64,000 bases of DNA, taken from a virus. The stretch spans positions 32,001 through 96,000 of the IMG/VR virus record IMGVR_UViG_3300027741_000027; one strand, 5' to 3'. This document shows, piece after piece, positions 27,602 to 37,300 of the stretch (positions are counted from its first letter, which is position 1; each line of letters begins with the position of its first letter). Below the pieces are notes generated by a model that made no database searches, was not told the DNA's origin, and worked only from the letters and a program-made list of their open reading frames with translations. A program made the translations under genes and the position numbers.

Positions 27602-29140
27602 TTAATTTAACTTGTGTTCAAAAACCAAAGTCACCGTCAAATTTTGCGGAACGGGGCTGGTGCTAATTCCAGTAATATATATACCAATTCTATTTCTATT
27701 AGTGATAGTAATAGGTGTAGTAAAATTATTACCATCTAAATGATTTGCCGTTGATGACGCTAAAATAGTTGAGCCGCTACCTAAAACAGTTGCATCTGCG
27801 GGAACAGTTGCATCTGCGGGCCAAATAACACTAGTGTTAGAATTGGTATTTATTGGACTATCATTTATTATTTTATAAATTTGAAAATAAACATTTCCAC
27901 TAGTTGTTACATAATGAACTTCAGCCAATGTTGTCACTCCAATATTTTGCCCTATGCCATTTACTTGAGGCCACCCATTAATAGCAAAAAATGGAGGAAT
28001 TGGCAAAGCTCCACTTGTAACAATATTTCCCTGAATAATAAAATTATGGGATGTTCTAAATACATGAGGATGAGCGCCCGCAGCAATTTGGTTAGACAAT
28101 GTTCCAACATTTTTAGTTGCGGAATCTCCAAGGCCAAGATTAACAATCGCCGCAGGTTTGTCAGTTAAATCATTTAAATTGGAAGATTTTTGAGCAGCAC
28201 CGATAATTCTTGAATCATCACCGGCTGCAACTGTTCCAGATGTTTGTCCGATGTTTTTTGATGCCGATCCGCCAGCATCTGTGATTTGACTTAAAGTATG
28301 AGTGTGAGATACCGGCGCTGCTCCAATGTCGGAATAACCAATATTTACTGAACTTCCTGTTTTGTTACCACCCGGATTGGTAACAATTTGAGAAATGCCG
28401 CTGGCCGCTTCTTGAAACCAATCTCTATAATCATTATAAGTTGTTTGAAATTTTACATAAGTTCCCGAATTTGTACCGCCAGTTTTAATAATTTTATCGC
28501 CAACGACCCAAGTAATGCTGTTGTAAGGAGATTTGGTTGCAATATTAAAAGCAGAGTCATCGTTTACATTTGCATATTGAGTGGGGTTTTGAACTGGAAG
28601 ATACTGAGAGTCAATTTTTGTACTGGAATTTAATCCAGCATAACCGTTTGCTTGATTTTTTTCTGAAGTATTTTGTTTACCAGTTAAAGTTGATGAAAGA
28701 CTGGTAATATCTGTAATAGCGTGAGTATGGACAAGCGGAGCCTTGCCATTAACATTAGTAGTAAGGGTTGATAAATCTGAAGTTAAATTGGTAATTTTAG
28801 ATTGATTTAAAGTACCACTAATTTTTACATCTGTAACAGATGCATCTTTAGGCGTTCTATCATCAGTAAGTCTCCCGTCGCCGCCTAAAACAAGTTGAAA
28901 AGTTCCAGTACCAGTATTCGCGCTTATTTTTTTAGTAGCACTGTCATATAGAATAGGAGGATCGGCATTAACAATACCAGTTAACCCAATGTCTCCCTTT
29001 TCTCCTTGAATACCTTGAGGTCCCTGCACGTAAATACCGGCAACGGCAATTGAAACCTTTTGATTCTCAGTGTTTAAAGTTAACCCCTGAGAATCCTCAA
29101 CAAGAAGGATCTTTTTAGTACCATCTATTTCTAGATTCAT
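27602..29140 (-). CDS. Tail fibre-like protein
   Basis: Short collagen-like GPQGIQGEKGD; phage tail repeats APLVHTHAITDI and APVSHTHTLSQI. Confidence 0.65.
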   Translation of the reverse strand: MNLEIDGTKKILLVEDSQGLTLNTENQKVSIAVAGIYVQGPQGIQGEKGDIGLTGIVNADPPILYDSATKKISANTGTGTFQLVLGGDGRLTDDRTPKDASVTDVKISGTLNQSKITNLTSDLSTLTTNVNGKAPLVHTHAITDITSLSSTLTGKQNTSEKNQANGYAGLNSSTKIDSQYLPVQNPTQYANVNDDSAFNIATKSPYNSITWVVGDKIIKTGGTNSGTYVKFQTTYNDYRDWFQEAASGISQIVTNPGGNKTGSSVNIGYSDIGAAPVSHTHTLSQITDAGGSASKNIGQTSGTVAAGDDSRIIGAAQKSSNLNDLTDKPAAIVNLGLGDSATKNVGTLSNQIAAGAHPHVFRTSHNFIIQGNIVTSGALPIPPFFAINGWPQVNGIGQNIGVTTLAEVHYVTTSGNVYFQIYKIINDSPINTNSNTSVIWPADATVPADATVLGSGSTILASSTANHLDGNNFTTPITITNRNRIGIYITGISTSPVPQNLTVTLVFEHKLN

Positions 29141-29526
29141 ACGCCAACAACCTTGATTCCCCCGTAGAGCAATGCATCTGTTACACCATTATTGGTTATT
29201 GTTAAATCATAAACGCCTGATTTCCAAGTGCTTGATTTGCCAAGGTTTTTAGTTACGGCGTCTGAAATTTGTAACCGAATTTGACCTTGATCGGCAGTAG
29301 TTGTTCCAAGTGAAATACTACAACCGTCAGATTTATTTACATTTTCTAAAGTTGCCAATGTTAGCAATGCCGTCCCATTGGGTTTATCTCTAATAATCAT
29401 TTCGGCTGTATAACCGGTCAGATTGCGCGGAGAAGTTCGATCCATTGTTGAATACAATGTTAAAACTTCATAAAATGTTGCGCCCTGCCAAATGGTGAAA
29501 GTATGTTTATCAGGTATAATAGTCAT
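29137..29526 (-). CDS. BppU-like/fibre-adaptor virion protein
   Basis: TIWQGATF...NLTGYTAEMIIR...GQIRLQIS...GVYDL...LLYGGIKV pattern. Confidence 0.65.
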   Translation of the reverse strand: MTIIPDKHTFTIWQGATFYEVLTLYSTMDRTSPRNLTGYTAEMIIRDKPNGTALLTLATLENVNKSDGCSISLGTTTADQGQIRLQISDAVTKNLGKSSTWKSGVYDLTITNNGVTDALLYGGIKVVGV

Positions 29527-29622
29527 GCTACAAATTACAGTTCGTTAAAGCTATAAACTACAGCCCAATGTCTTCAGGCTCAATAATAATATCTTCAATA
29601 TCAAAATCAATGTTAAAATTCA

Positions 29623-31971
29623 TTAATTAACCGCCTCCCTTCCTATTTCTGGATTCAATGCCCAAATTTCCGGTGTGCTAAGCGGGCCGTCTCCAAGCGC
29701 CAAGGATTCAATAATATGCTGCATATGCCTTTGACCGGGGCGGCCAATAACCTTATCCTTGGTATCAGGATGATGATAGAAAGGCATTAGCATGCTAGAG
29801 AACCCAGCATCAGCCTTCTTTCTAAAAGGAATGGCATCCTTAGGATTAGATACGCCTTCAAGTCTATCCCATTGTTTGCCAATTTGCTTGCGAATATCTT
29901 TAGTATCATTAAACCAGCTTGGAATAATTGGTTTTTCTGATTTCTTTGATCGATTATCCCAATCAATGCCGTCATGAGGAACAGGAAGAAGAACGTGCAT
30001 GTGATCTTTTGAAGGATGATGACCGGGCGCATGCCTCATAAGATTCTTTAGCCCTCTAGAAAATTGACCAAGAGGAAGGTGCCCGTATCCAGAGGCATCT
30101 CTAGCGCCCTGTAATTGACGTTCGGCCTTAAAGTAATCCCTTATTCCCATATCATCTTTTTTATGCCCAAGGGCCTTTAAAATGTCTGGGTTAATTGACC
30201 CAAGTTGACTTGTATGAGGCGCAAGGAAAAACCAAGCTTCATCAACCTGATGTGGCTCCATGTCATCAGTAAAAAACTGCTTCATAAATGAAGACCTGAA
30301 GTGATGACCCTTGCCGCCCTGATCAATATCTTCAAGTGCAATTTGAACAATATTCTTAATGTTCTTGCCAATGTCAGCGATTGGTTTTACTTGATGAGCA
30401 AGGGGCGGAGAGTAAATAGCTGAATCAGGATGTTTAGATTCAAAGAACATTTTCTCATTACCAAAATCATAATCTTGATTAACTTTAGCATTGGTCATGC
30501 GCTTGAGCCTTTTGATAAGTCGCTTAGTTGCCTCACGATGAATATCATCTGAAGTGGCATCTTCGCCAAGTTTCTTCTTTGCCTCGCGCTCTTCTTCTGC
30601 CTTCATATTCAAAAGATGATGATCTGCCAAATCACTAATTTGATCATGCCTCAATCCTCCACCAATATTTTGAATATGGCGCTTAAATGGCATCATATAA
30701 GGATCAAGTTCTTTATTTGCCTGCAAGTAACCGCGAGCATTATTATGTGTATCGCGGGCGTGAGTAAGAGCATTCCAAATACGAGCAGGATCATCTACTG
30801 AACCGGGAAGGTGATGAAGTGCTTGATAATGCTGGGCGTGGCCGCGTTCGTGCTTATGAGGTTTCAAAAATGCATTAGAGAAGGCGTTACTAACCGCTTG
30901 CTCGCGGCTTGCATCATCTAGTTCATGCCAATTAGATTTAATTCCACGGGTCATATTGGTAAGGCCGCGACTATTAAGTGGATCAACCATTTCACCATCG
31001 GCATTACGAATCCTGTGCCAATTATAAGCATTGTTATCTGCTGGAACAACGCCTGTTTCATAACCATCATTTGGATCAAGCAAATTATCAAATGATGAAT
31101 TCTTATCAAAGTTGGCATCGTTAGGAATTTTAGCCATAGGGCCGGGAACAATAGTTTGTGAAGGATGAACGGGGTGATGATAAGGCTCAGGCGCTTCGGG
31201 GTTGTCAAATATTTTTAAGAATGCAATCTTCTGCTGAGATTGTGATCCATAATAAGAATTAAATGCACCTTGACCAATAACTTCAGTAAACAATGCCTTT
31301 TGAGCAGTGTAAGTCAAAAGTGGAGCGTGAGCTTTAAATGCTCTATTGATACCAAACCAAGACCAATCACCGCCAGAGGCACCATGACCTAAAATGTCAT
31401 GAGCAATGCGAAAATCTACAATTTGATTAATGCTCCAAACGGGATGGGATGCATTGGCCCTAGAAACAGTGAAATGACCCTTTTGAGTAATATCTTCGGC
31501 CATCTCCGAGAAAGTTTTATAAGGCAAAGGGTTGTCAGTGATTTCAATCTCAATTTCATTTTGAATAATCTCTACACGACGACGACAATCTTCTGCAAGC
31601 TCAGTCCAAGCAGAAGCTGCTTTTTTATCATACATTTTGGCGTCAGCATATTCGTGCGCAATGACCTCTTGAAGATCAATGTATGAATCATGCCAAGCTG
31701 CTGCTCTTGCGTTCATAGGCATACGGAAACTATAAAGGCGCTGAATCATATGCAAAAGATTACCAGCGGCTGTTTCCTGAGTATTGCCAGTAGCTTCTAG
31801 CTTTTCACCATGAACGCTAGTGGCTTTGACCTTATAGCCATCTTTTTTATAGTCAGAAGTATGATCTACCTCCCACCCAAGATCCTGAATTTGATTCAGG
31901 ATCTCAGGCAGGGGTGTAGTAATCCCAACAAAGGCGGAAGTAACATCAATAAATTTGATGTCTTCCCACAT
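29623..31971 (-). CDS. Large multidomain protein with an HDxxGH (zincin-like?) domain
   Basis: PYKTFSEMAEDI...HP...FRIAHDILGH...ALFTEVIGQ, a motif seen in large phage virion proteins. Confidence 0.55.
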   Translation of the reverse strand: MWEDIKFIDVTSAFVGITTPLPEILNQIQDLGWEVDHTSDYKKDGYKVKATSVHGEKLEATGNTQETAAGNLLHMIQRLYSFRMPMNARAAAWHDSYIDLQEVIAHEYADAKMYDKKAASAWTELAEDCRRRVEIIQNEIEIEITDNPLPYKTFSEMAEDITQKGHFTVSRANASHPVWSINQIVDFRIAHDILGHGASGGDWSWFGINRAFKAHAPLLTYTAQKALFTEVIGQGAFNSYYGSQSQQKIAFLKIFDNPEAPEPYHHPVHPSQTIVPGPMAKIPNDANFDKNSSFDNLLDPNDGYETGVVPADNNAYNWHRIRNADGEMVDPLNSRGLTNMTRGIKSNWHELDDASREQAVSNAFSNAFLKPHKHERGHAQHYQALHHLPGSVDDPARIWNALTHARDTHNNARGYLQANKELDPYMMPFKRHIQNIGGGLRHDQISDLADHHLLNMKAEEEREAKKKLGEDATSDDIHREATKRLIKRLKRMTNAKVNQDYDFGNEKMFFESKHPDSAIYSPPLAHQVKPIADIGKNIKNIVQIALEDIDQGGKGHHFRSSFMKQFFTDDMEPHQVDEAWFFLAPHTSQLGSINPDILKALGHKKDDMGIRDYFKAERQLQGARDASGYGHLPLGQFSRGLKNLMRHAPGHHPSKDHMHVLLPVPHDGIDWDNRSKKSEKPIIPSWFNDTKDIRKQIGKQWDRLEGVSNPKDAIPFRKKADAGFSSMLMPFYHHPDTKDKVIGRPGQRHMQHIIESLALGDGPLSTPEIWALNPEIGREAVN

Positions 31972-32336
31972 TAGTACCTCTTACCGTGCCTGTGCGGGCG
32001 AGTCTTATTCTTCTTAATCTTTTCGGTAATTGAATTACCAATATCAAGGCCAAGACCACCAGCAAGATCAAGAGTACGAATAACAATATCCGCAAGCTCC
32101 TCTGTAAAATCCTGCTCCTGCTGTGCAGTCATGTAATTAAAGTTTGGCCCTTCAATACCTTCATATTCCTCACGATGAACCTTAAGGGCTTCGCTCACTT
32201 CGTCACCAATAAGGGCGAGCTTAACTGGAACAATGGCAAAAGGACTAATATCCTCAATATGCCAAAAACCCTTCTCATCTGAAATCTCGCAAACTTCTGC
32301 GGACAACTCATTAATCTTCTTACCTAACTTTGACAT
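31971..32336 (-). CDS. mazG: MazG-like nucleotide pyrophosphohydrolase
   Basis: LALIGDEVSEALK...EELADIVIRTLDL...KIKKNKTRPHRHGKRY. Confidence 0.85.
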   Translation of the reverse strand: MSKLGKKINELSAEVCEISDEKGFWHIEDISPFAIVPVKLALIGDEVSEALKVHREEYEGIEGPNFNYMTAQQEQDFTEELADIVIRTLDLAGGLGLDIGNSITEKIKKNKTRPHRHGKRY

Positions 32337-32626
32337 TACTTTCCTTCCATGGGCAAGGGTTGCCCATAGTGTAGCTGATTAAAATTCAAATCATCTGGGG
32401 CAATTGGCTCCAGATCATCGCCCCGAAGGGCATCCATTACTTTACGAACTAAATAAGGATCATCGACAGCATCATGATCCCTATCTGTCAGTCTCCATCC
32501 CCCATCAATGCGATAAACATAACCTTGCTGATCGCATTCTTCATTACCGTCAATATAAGCCTCATCCATATAAGGATCGTAGGCCCAATGATGGTAAATT
32601 TTGTGCTGTTCGGGAATTTCCTTCAT
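32336..32626 (-). CDS. Hypothetical protein
   Basis: 96-aa ORF translationally coupled to its neighbours. Confidence 0.7.
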   Translation of the reverse strand: MKEIPEQHKIYHHWAYDPYMDEAYIDGNEECDQQGYVYRIDGGWRLTDRDHDAVDDPYLVRKVMDALRGDDLEPIAPDDLNFNQLHYGQPLPMEGK

Positions 32627-32627
32627 A

Positions 32628-32852
32628 CTAATTATTTGCTAGCTTTTCAGCCTTTTCATAATTAGCCATAGACAAATGACGAAGGCCAGTTGACTTAACT
32701 AGTTCATCAAACATCTTACCACATGTCGTACACTTGTAATAATACGTGCGCGTAGTAAGAGTGTAATCGTATTTTTTGGCCGTATGAAAATCTTGAGAAT
32801 GTAGAGTTAAACCCTCGCCACACTCAAGACAATTAAACTTATCATTAGGCAT
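32628..32852 (-). CDS. Small zinc-ribbon protein
   Basis: CLEC...CTTC; start reassigned to ATG 32852, just after the upstream stop. Confidence 0.6.
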   Translation of the reverse strand: MPNDKFNCLECGEGLTLHSQDFHTAKKYDYTLTTRTYYYKCTTCGKMFDELVKSTGLRHLSMANYEKAEKLANN

Positions 32853-32853
32853 A

Positions 32854-33006
32854 TTAACTCGCAATCAGTTGGGATTCTAATACATACTTGTAACTGTGAA
32901 AATCCTTTGAACCACAATTTTGACAAATGGCAACGCCATCTCTAATTTTCAGTCCACAATCTCCACAGTTAACAATCTTAATTGACTTAGGAGGATTCTT
33001 AGGCAT
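32854..33006 (-). CDS. Small zinc-ribbon protein (50 aa, below ORF-track cutoff)
   Basis: Hand translation MPKNPPKSIKIVNCGDCGLKIRDGVAICQNCGSKDFHSYKYVLESQLIAS. Confidence 0.6.
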   Translation of the reverse strand: MPKNPPKSIKIVNCGDCGLKIRDGVAICQNCGSKDFHSYKYVLESQLIAS

Positions 33007-33283
33007 TTGGATCTACTACAAGCTCCTCAACTACGGGTTGAGTTGCATCAATGGCATCCACAATATCCTGAGCTTCCTTAGAAAACTTGGTCCTAGACGC
33101 TGCAATCTTGCGAATAAAGTCAATCTGAGACTCTGAAGAAACATAAGTCAAATCAGTGCCACTGGAATCAGAAATCTGAGACTCTAAATCAGCGATCCTC
33201 TGATAAGCCCTAACTAATTCTTCAGCCTTAGTTGAGTTCTGAGACTCTAAAAAGCGAATGGTTTGTTCTGTAGCAACATCCAT
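32999..33283 (-). CDS. Hypothetical protein
   Basis: 94-aa coupled ORF. Confidence 0.65.
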   Translation of the reverse strand: MDVATEQTIRFLESQNSTKAEELVRAYQRIADLESQISDSSGTDLTYVSSESQIDFIRKIAASRTKFSKEAQDIVDAIDATQPVVEELVVDPNA

Positions 33284-33594
33284 TACTTCTTGATCTCCTC
33301 AATGGTCTTAGCAACCTTGTCAACCTCATCCTGACTTGTAGGAATTACGATGTTAGAGCCTTCGGGAAGCTCATTAGCTGCGTCAGTAGCCTTCTGGAAA
33401 AACTCCAAAGCCTGACTGCGAGTAAGCTGAAAACGGTAGCTGCCGCTGGGTACGCGCAGGGGATTACCATCTGGTCCCTGAATTGGGAATGTCATTCCGG
33501 CAACAAAAACAAGCTCAAGAACGCCTTCCTTGCCAGCCTCTACGTCAACATTGCCAACGCTAGCTCCAACCAACTCTACTGTTGTATCAAACAC
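33283..33594 (-). CDS. Hypothetical protein
   Basis: 103-aa ORF, GTG start. Confidence 0.65.
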   Translation of the reverse strand: MFDTTVELVGASVGNVDVEAGKEGVLELVFVAGMTFPIQGPDGNPLRVPSGSYRFQLTRSQALEFFQKATDAANELPEGSNIVIPTSQDEVDKVAKTIEEIKK

Positions 33595-33736
33595 TATATT
33601 TCTCTTTTCTTTGTTAATTTGTACTCAACTGAGTGCGTATAATGTAGCAGATAATTATTTGATTTGCAAATCGGTCAAAAGTGTGTATACTGACCGTGTG
33701 CTACAAAGCACTCCATATAATAAAGGAGCGATTTAA

Positions 33737-33928
33737 ATGAAAAAGAAGAATGTTGCATTTAAGGACAAGGGTCCCAAAGATGATGGTAGTCGCTGGCTTG
33801 TCATTGGCGAGGACGGACGACCTGTATATCAAGGCAAGGGTGTCAAGAAGTCTGATGCAGAGATGCTTGCTAGTCATCTAGTACAATCTGCTACACTTGA
33901 GATGATTGTACCTCCGACAGAAGGTTAA
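33737..33928 (+). CDS. Hypothetical protein
   Basis: 63 aa, AAGGAG SD. Confidence 0.7.
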   Translation: MKKKNVAFKDKGPKDDGSRWLVIGEDGRPVYQGKGVKKSDAEMLASHLVQSATLEMIVPPTEG

Positions 33929-33930
33929 TA

Positions 33931-34350
33931 ATGCAAACATTTGTACCATATGATGATTTTGAGCTTTGTGCCATGACGCTTGATAATAAGCGCCTTAATA
34001 AACAACGCATTGAGTCATTTCAAATCCTACGCGCTATTACTGATGATACTTACGGTTGGCAAAGTCACCCTGCTACAAATATGTGGCGTGGTTATGTTGG
34101 CGGCCTTGTATCTTACAGTCTTGCAATATGTCGTGAATGGCGTTTGCGTGATGGTGCTGACAATACTGACCTTGAGGGTCGCATTGCAGCATTTGGTGCA
34201 GATGACAGGCTTCCAGCATGGTGGGGTGATGAGCGTGTGCATGAATCGCACCGCTCTAACCTCTACCATAAGGAACCAACTTGGTATGAGCAGTTTTGGA
34301 TTAATCTGCCAGAGCTACCATACTTCTGGCCAACTAAAGAAGGCTACTGA
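33931..34350 (+). CDS. Pyrimidine-dimer DNA glycosylase family protein (MSMEG_6728-like)
   Basis: MQTFVPYDDF..CA..LDNKRLNKQRIE..QIL...HPATNMWRGY...ICREW...SHRSNL. Confidence 0.85.
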   Translation: MQTFVPYDDFELCAMTLDNKRLNKQRIESFQILRAITDDTYGWQSHPATNMWRGYVGGLVSYSLAICREWRLRDGADNTDLEGRIAAFGADDRLPAWWGDERVHESHRSNLYHKEPTWYEQFWINLPELPYFWPTKEGY

Positions 34351-37300
34351 GTCCAGTCAGAAGGAATTGTAAGGTCGCCCGGATCATCTGGGTGTTCTAT
34401 TTTACATATTGGGCACCAAGGGTATGTTTCTTCCTGTAGGTTGCCCAGTTCTTCTGCTGTAAAATCAGTCATATACATTTGGGTCAAAAGGTCGTGCTTG
34501 CCCTCTTCGTGGTCGAAACGCTCTGATTCTTTAATGTCTTCTGCAATAGAGTTATAGATTTGAGGCCAATCGACCTTAGATTCATCAATGATGCTTGCTG
34601 TTTCATCTGCCCTTGGATCCATGCCAAAAATTTCATCAAAGCCTTCAGTAAGAGCCTGACCACCTTCGCTCATATGTTCCCGTCCCGTTGGGCGCTCATC
34701 ATAAGGAATATCATTCCATTCTTGAGCGTCTTCTAAAGCTTGTTTATTATGAGGGGCGATGACCGCCTGTGTTGCCCAAATAGCAAACTCGTTAAGCGGA
34801 GTAAAGTTCTTAACCATTTCCCTTGATTGCATGTAATGATTGTATTCATTGTCAATCATTACTTTGGTATTCCAAGTTTCCCAATTGGTTGAACCCTGAT
34901 GATCTGCTGTTTTTCCAATTCTAAGCCATTGTCCGTTATATGACTGCCACCATTTGCCTTCACCGTCTAACATAACGATTCGATTATCAATTTGAACTGG
35001 CGTGTTAATTGGAACCCCGGTTTCTAAACCGTAATCTTGCTCTTGCTGCTGTGGAATTTCAACCTGTGGCTTAGGCTCATTTTCCCACGCCGGATCAACC
35101 CTGCGCCAATAGTTTTTTGCATCATTAGGATCCATTAACCCTTTTTCAAAAATATCTTGCTTTCTTTGTTCAAATTGAACATCTCTTTTAGTTGGGAGCG
35201 GTTGTTTTCTGCCGAATAACTCTTCATATTCTTGTGCAAATTCGGGATCAGATAAATCGGGCGCAATGATATTTTCATTTTCATCAAATTCCATTAATTC
35301 ATGACCGGTCAAAAGATTGTCAATGCCTAGGGCGCCTCCCATTTCACTGCCAAAGCTATATTTGCCTTCACTGTCAGCGGTCATTCCAAGGACTTTAATC
35401 ATTTTATTGGGATCATTATCAAAAAAATTTAACAGCCTTTCTTCGTCGCCCTCTTTAAACGCCATATTTAAATTATTCATATGACCGCCATTTTCAATAA
35501 GTTTTTCAATAAGAAACACAACTAGATCTAAACTAATGTCATTAGCTATTTCGTGTTGCGTTTTGTGGGGCAGATTATTTGGATCCAATGTAATTGTTTC
35601 ACTTGAAGTTTGAACGCCTTGGGCCATTGCTGCGTCTAGTCCCGCCCACCAACTCATAATTGCCGCCTCGGTGTTTTTAGCCACCCAACCAGAAACTGGC
35701 TTAGAAACATAAAACGGATTTTGGTTTTGAGATAAAACTAGTTTTTGACGTTCGTATTTCTCCCTATCTTTTTTTAAAGTATTTGGGCGTTTGATGTAAT
35801 CTCTATGTAACTTTGGAGGTTTTTGCTTACGGAATTTATTTCGAATAGACCAAGAGAAACTAGTCTCGCCCGGATTTTCCTCGCTATACGGCGTGTTCCC
35901 TCTTTCAAGAAGCGTTTCATCAGAGGGCATTTCTGCATCAATGACAGACCAATTTTCTAATTTTGGAACGTCAAATCTTCTTTCTATTTTTCTCTTCTTT
36001 AAAAGTCGCTCAGCTTGCTCGGGACCTAATTTTTCTTTTATGCGTTCTACTTCAACCGGCGACCATTGTTTAAACTTATCGGTTCGGTAATCTCTTATTC
36101 TTTGAACCATGTCATTGGCAATACCTACTTTAATTGTTGATCCAGATTGAAATGCATAAACATAATATTGATCATTAAAATCTACCGCTCTTTTTGTAAA
36201 CATAGCGTCGCGATCATCTAAATTTGATCTAAATCTTTGTTCTAGAATAGTTGATCGCCTTGAACCTGATTGCGACAACAATTCTTTTTCGCTATCAGTC
36301 ATTGGCAGATTGGGGAATTTTTCAATTATCTTTTGTTCTAATTTTGCCATAAAATCATCATAATCAAAATTAGAAATAGAGCCTCCCTGTGCTTCTCTTT
36401 CTTCCTCAACTAAATTTTTAATTATAATCGGCAACCTTTCATTGTACGCTTTTTGTAATTTAGGATTTTTTAACTTTTCTTCGTTGCGGACTTTTATTTT
36501 AGACAAATCAGCAGTAAGCGTTCGATATAAAGAACTTTGTTCATTTATACCCATCTCTTGATATCTTCTTTTAAGAACATTTCTAATTTGTTCTTCAACT
36601 TGAGGACGACTTAAAGTCAAAACGCCATTATGCTTTTTTATATCCGCATTAACTATTTCTTTTACTAATTGAGAAACGTTGTTTTCTCTCATAAATTTAA
36701 TTTCTTCTTTAGTCCTAGCTCTTTTCAATCCCTGACTGAAATTGTCATGCATTTGACGGAACCTTGTTTTTAAAATATAAAATTCATTTTCGTTTAATCC
36801 GAGAGACTCGGCAAATACCCTTGACAAAATTTTAACTGATAATGGGGCAAAAGACGCATTACTTTGACTACGCATGTTTTCTAAATACTTTGAAATAATC
36901 TGTCTGACCGATTTTGTGGTAACGAGACTGTACAGATTTTCTAAATACTTGATTTCATCCTTATTAAAATAAGGGCTTCCATCTTCATTTTTTAATAGCT
37001 TTACATCATTAATATTTTGCCCATGACTGATGTTAGACATTTTTTCAAAGAAAATGTTTTTTGCGTTGCTATTAGCGCTTGTTATAAATTTCCAAGACCC
37101 CGCCCTAATGCCAGCCTTATCATTACGACCATTTAATTCATACCATTTCATGGCAGACTCTTGGTCATCAACGTCCTCTTGGGTATATCCTTCAGGATAC
37201 GCCTGAGGATATTCTTGAGACAATTCATTGAAATTCCACAGGGTTTGTTGATTAGGGTTAATTTCTTGATTTTGAATTTGACCTTGTTCTAACACCGAAC

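Noticed and set aside
16052-29526. Diversity-generating retroelement acting on fibre genes
   Set aside because: No reverse transcriptase and no near-identical template/variable repeat pair was seen in the window.
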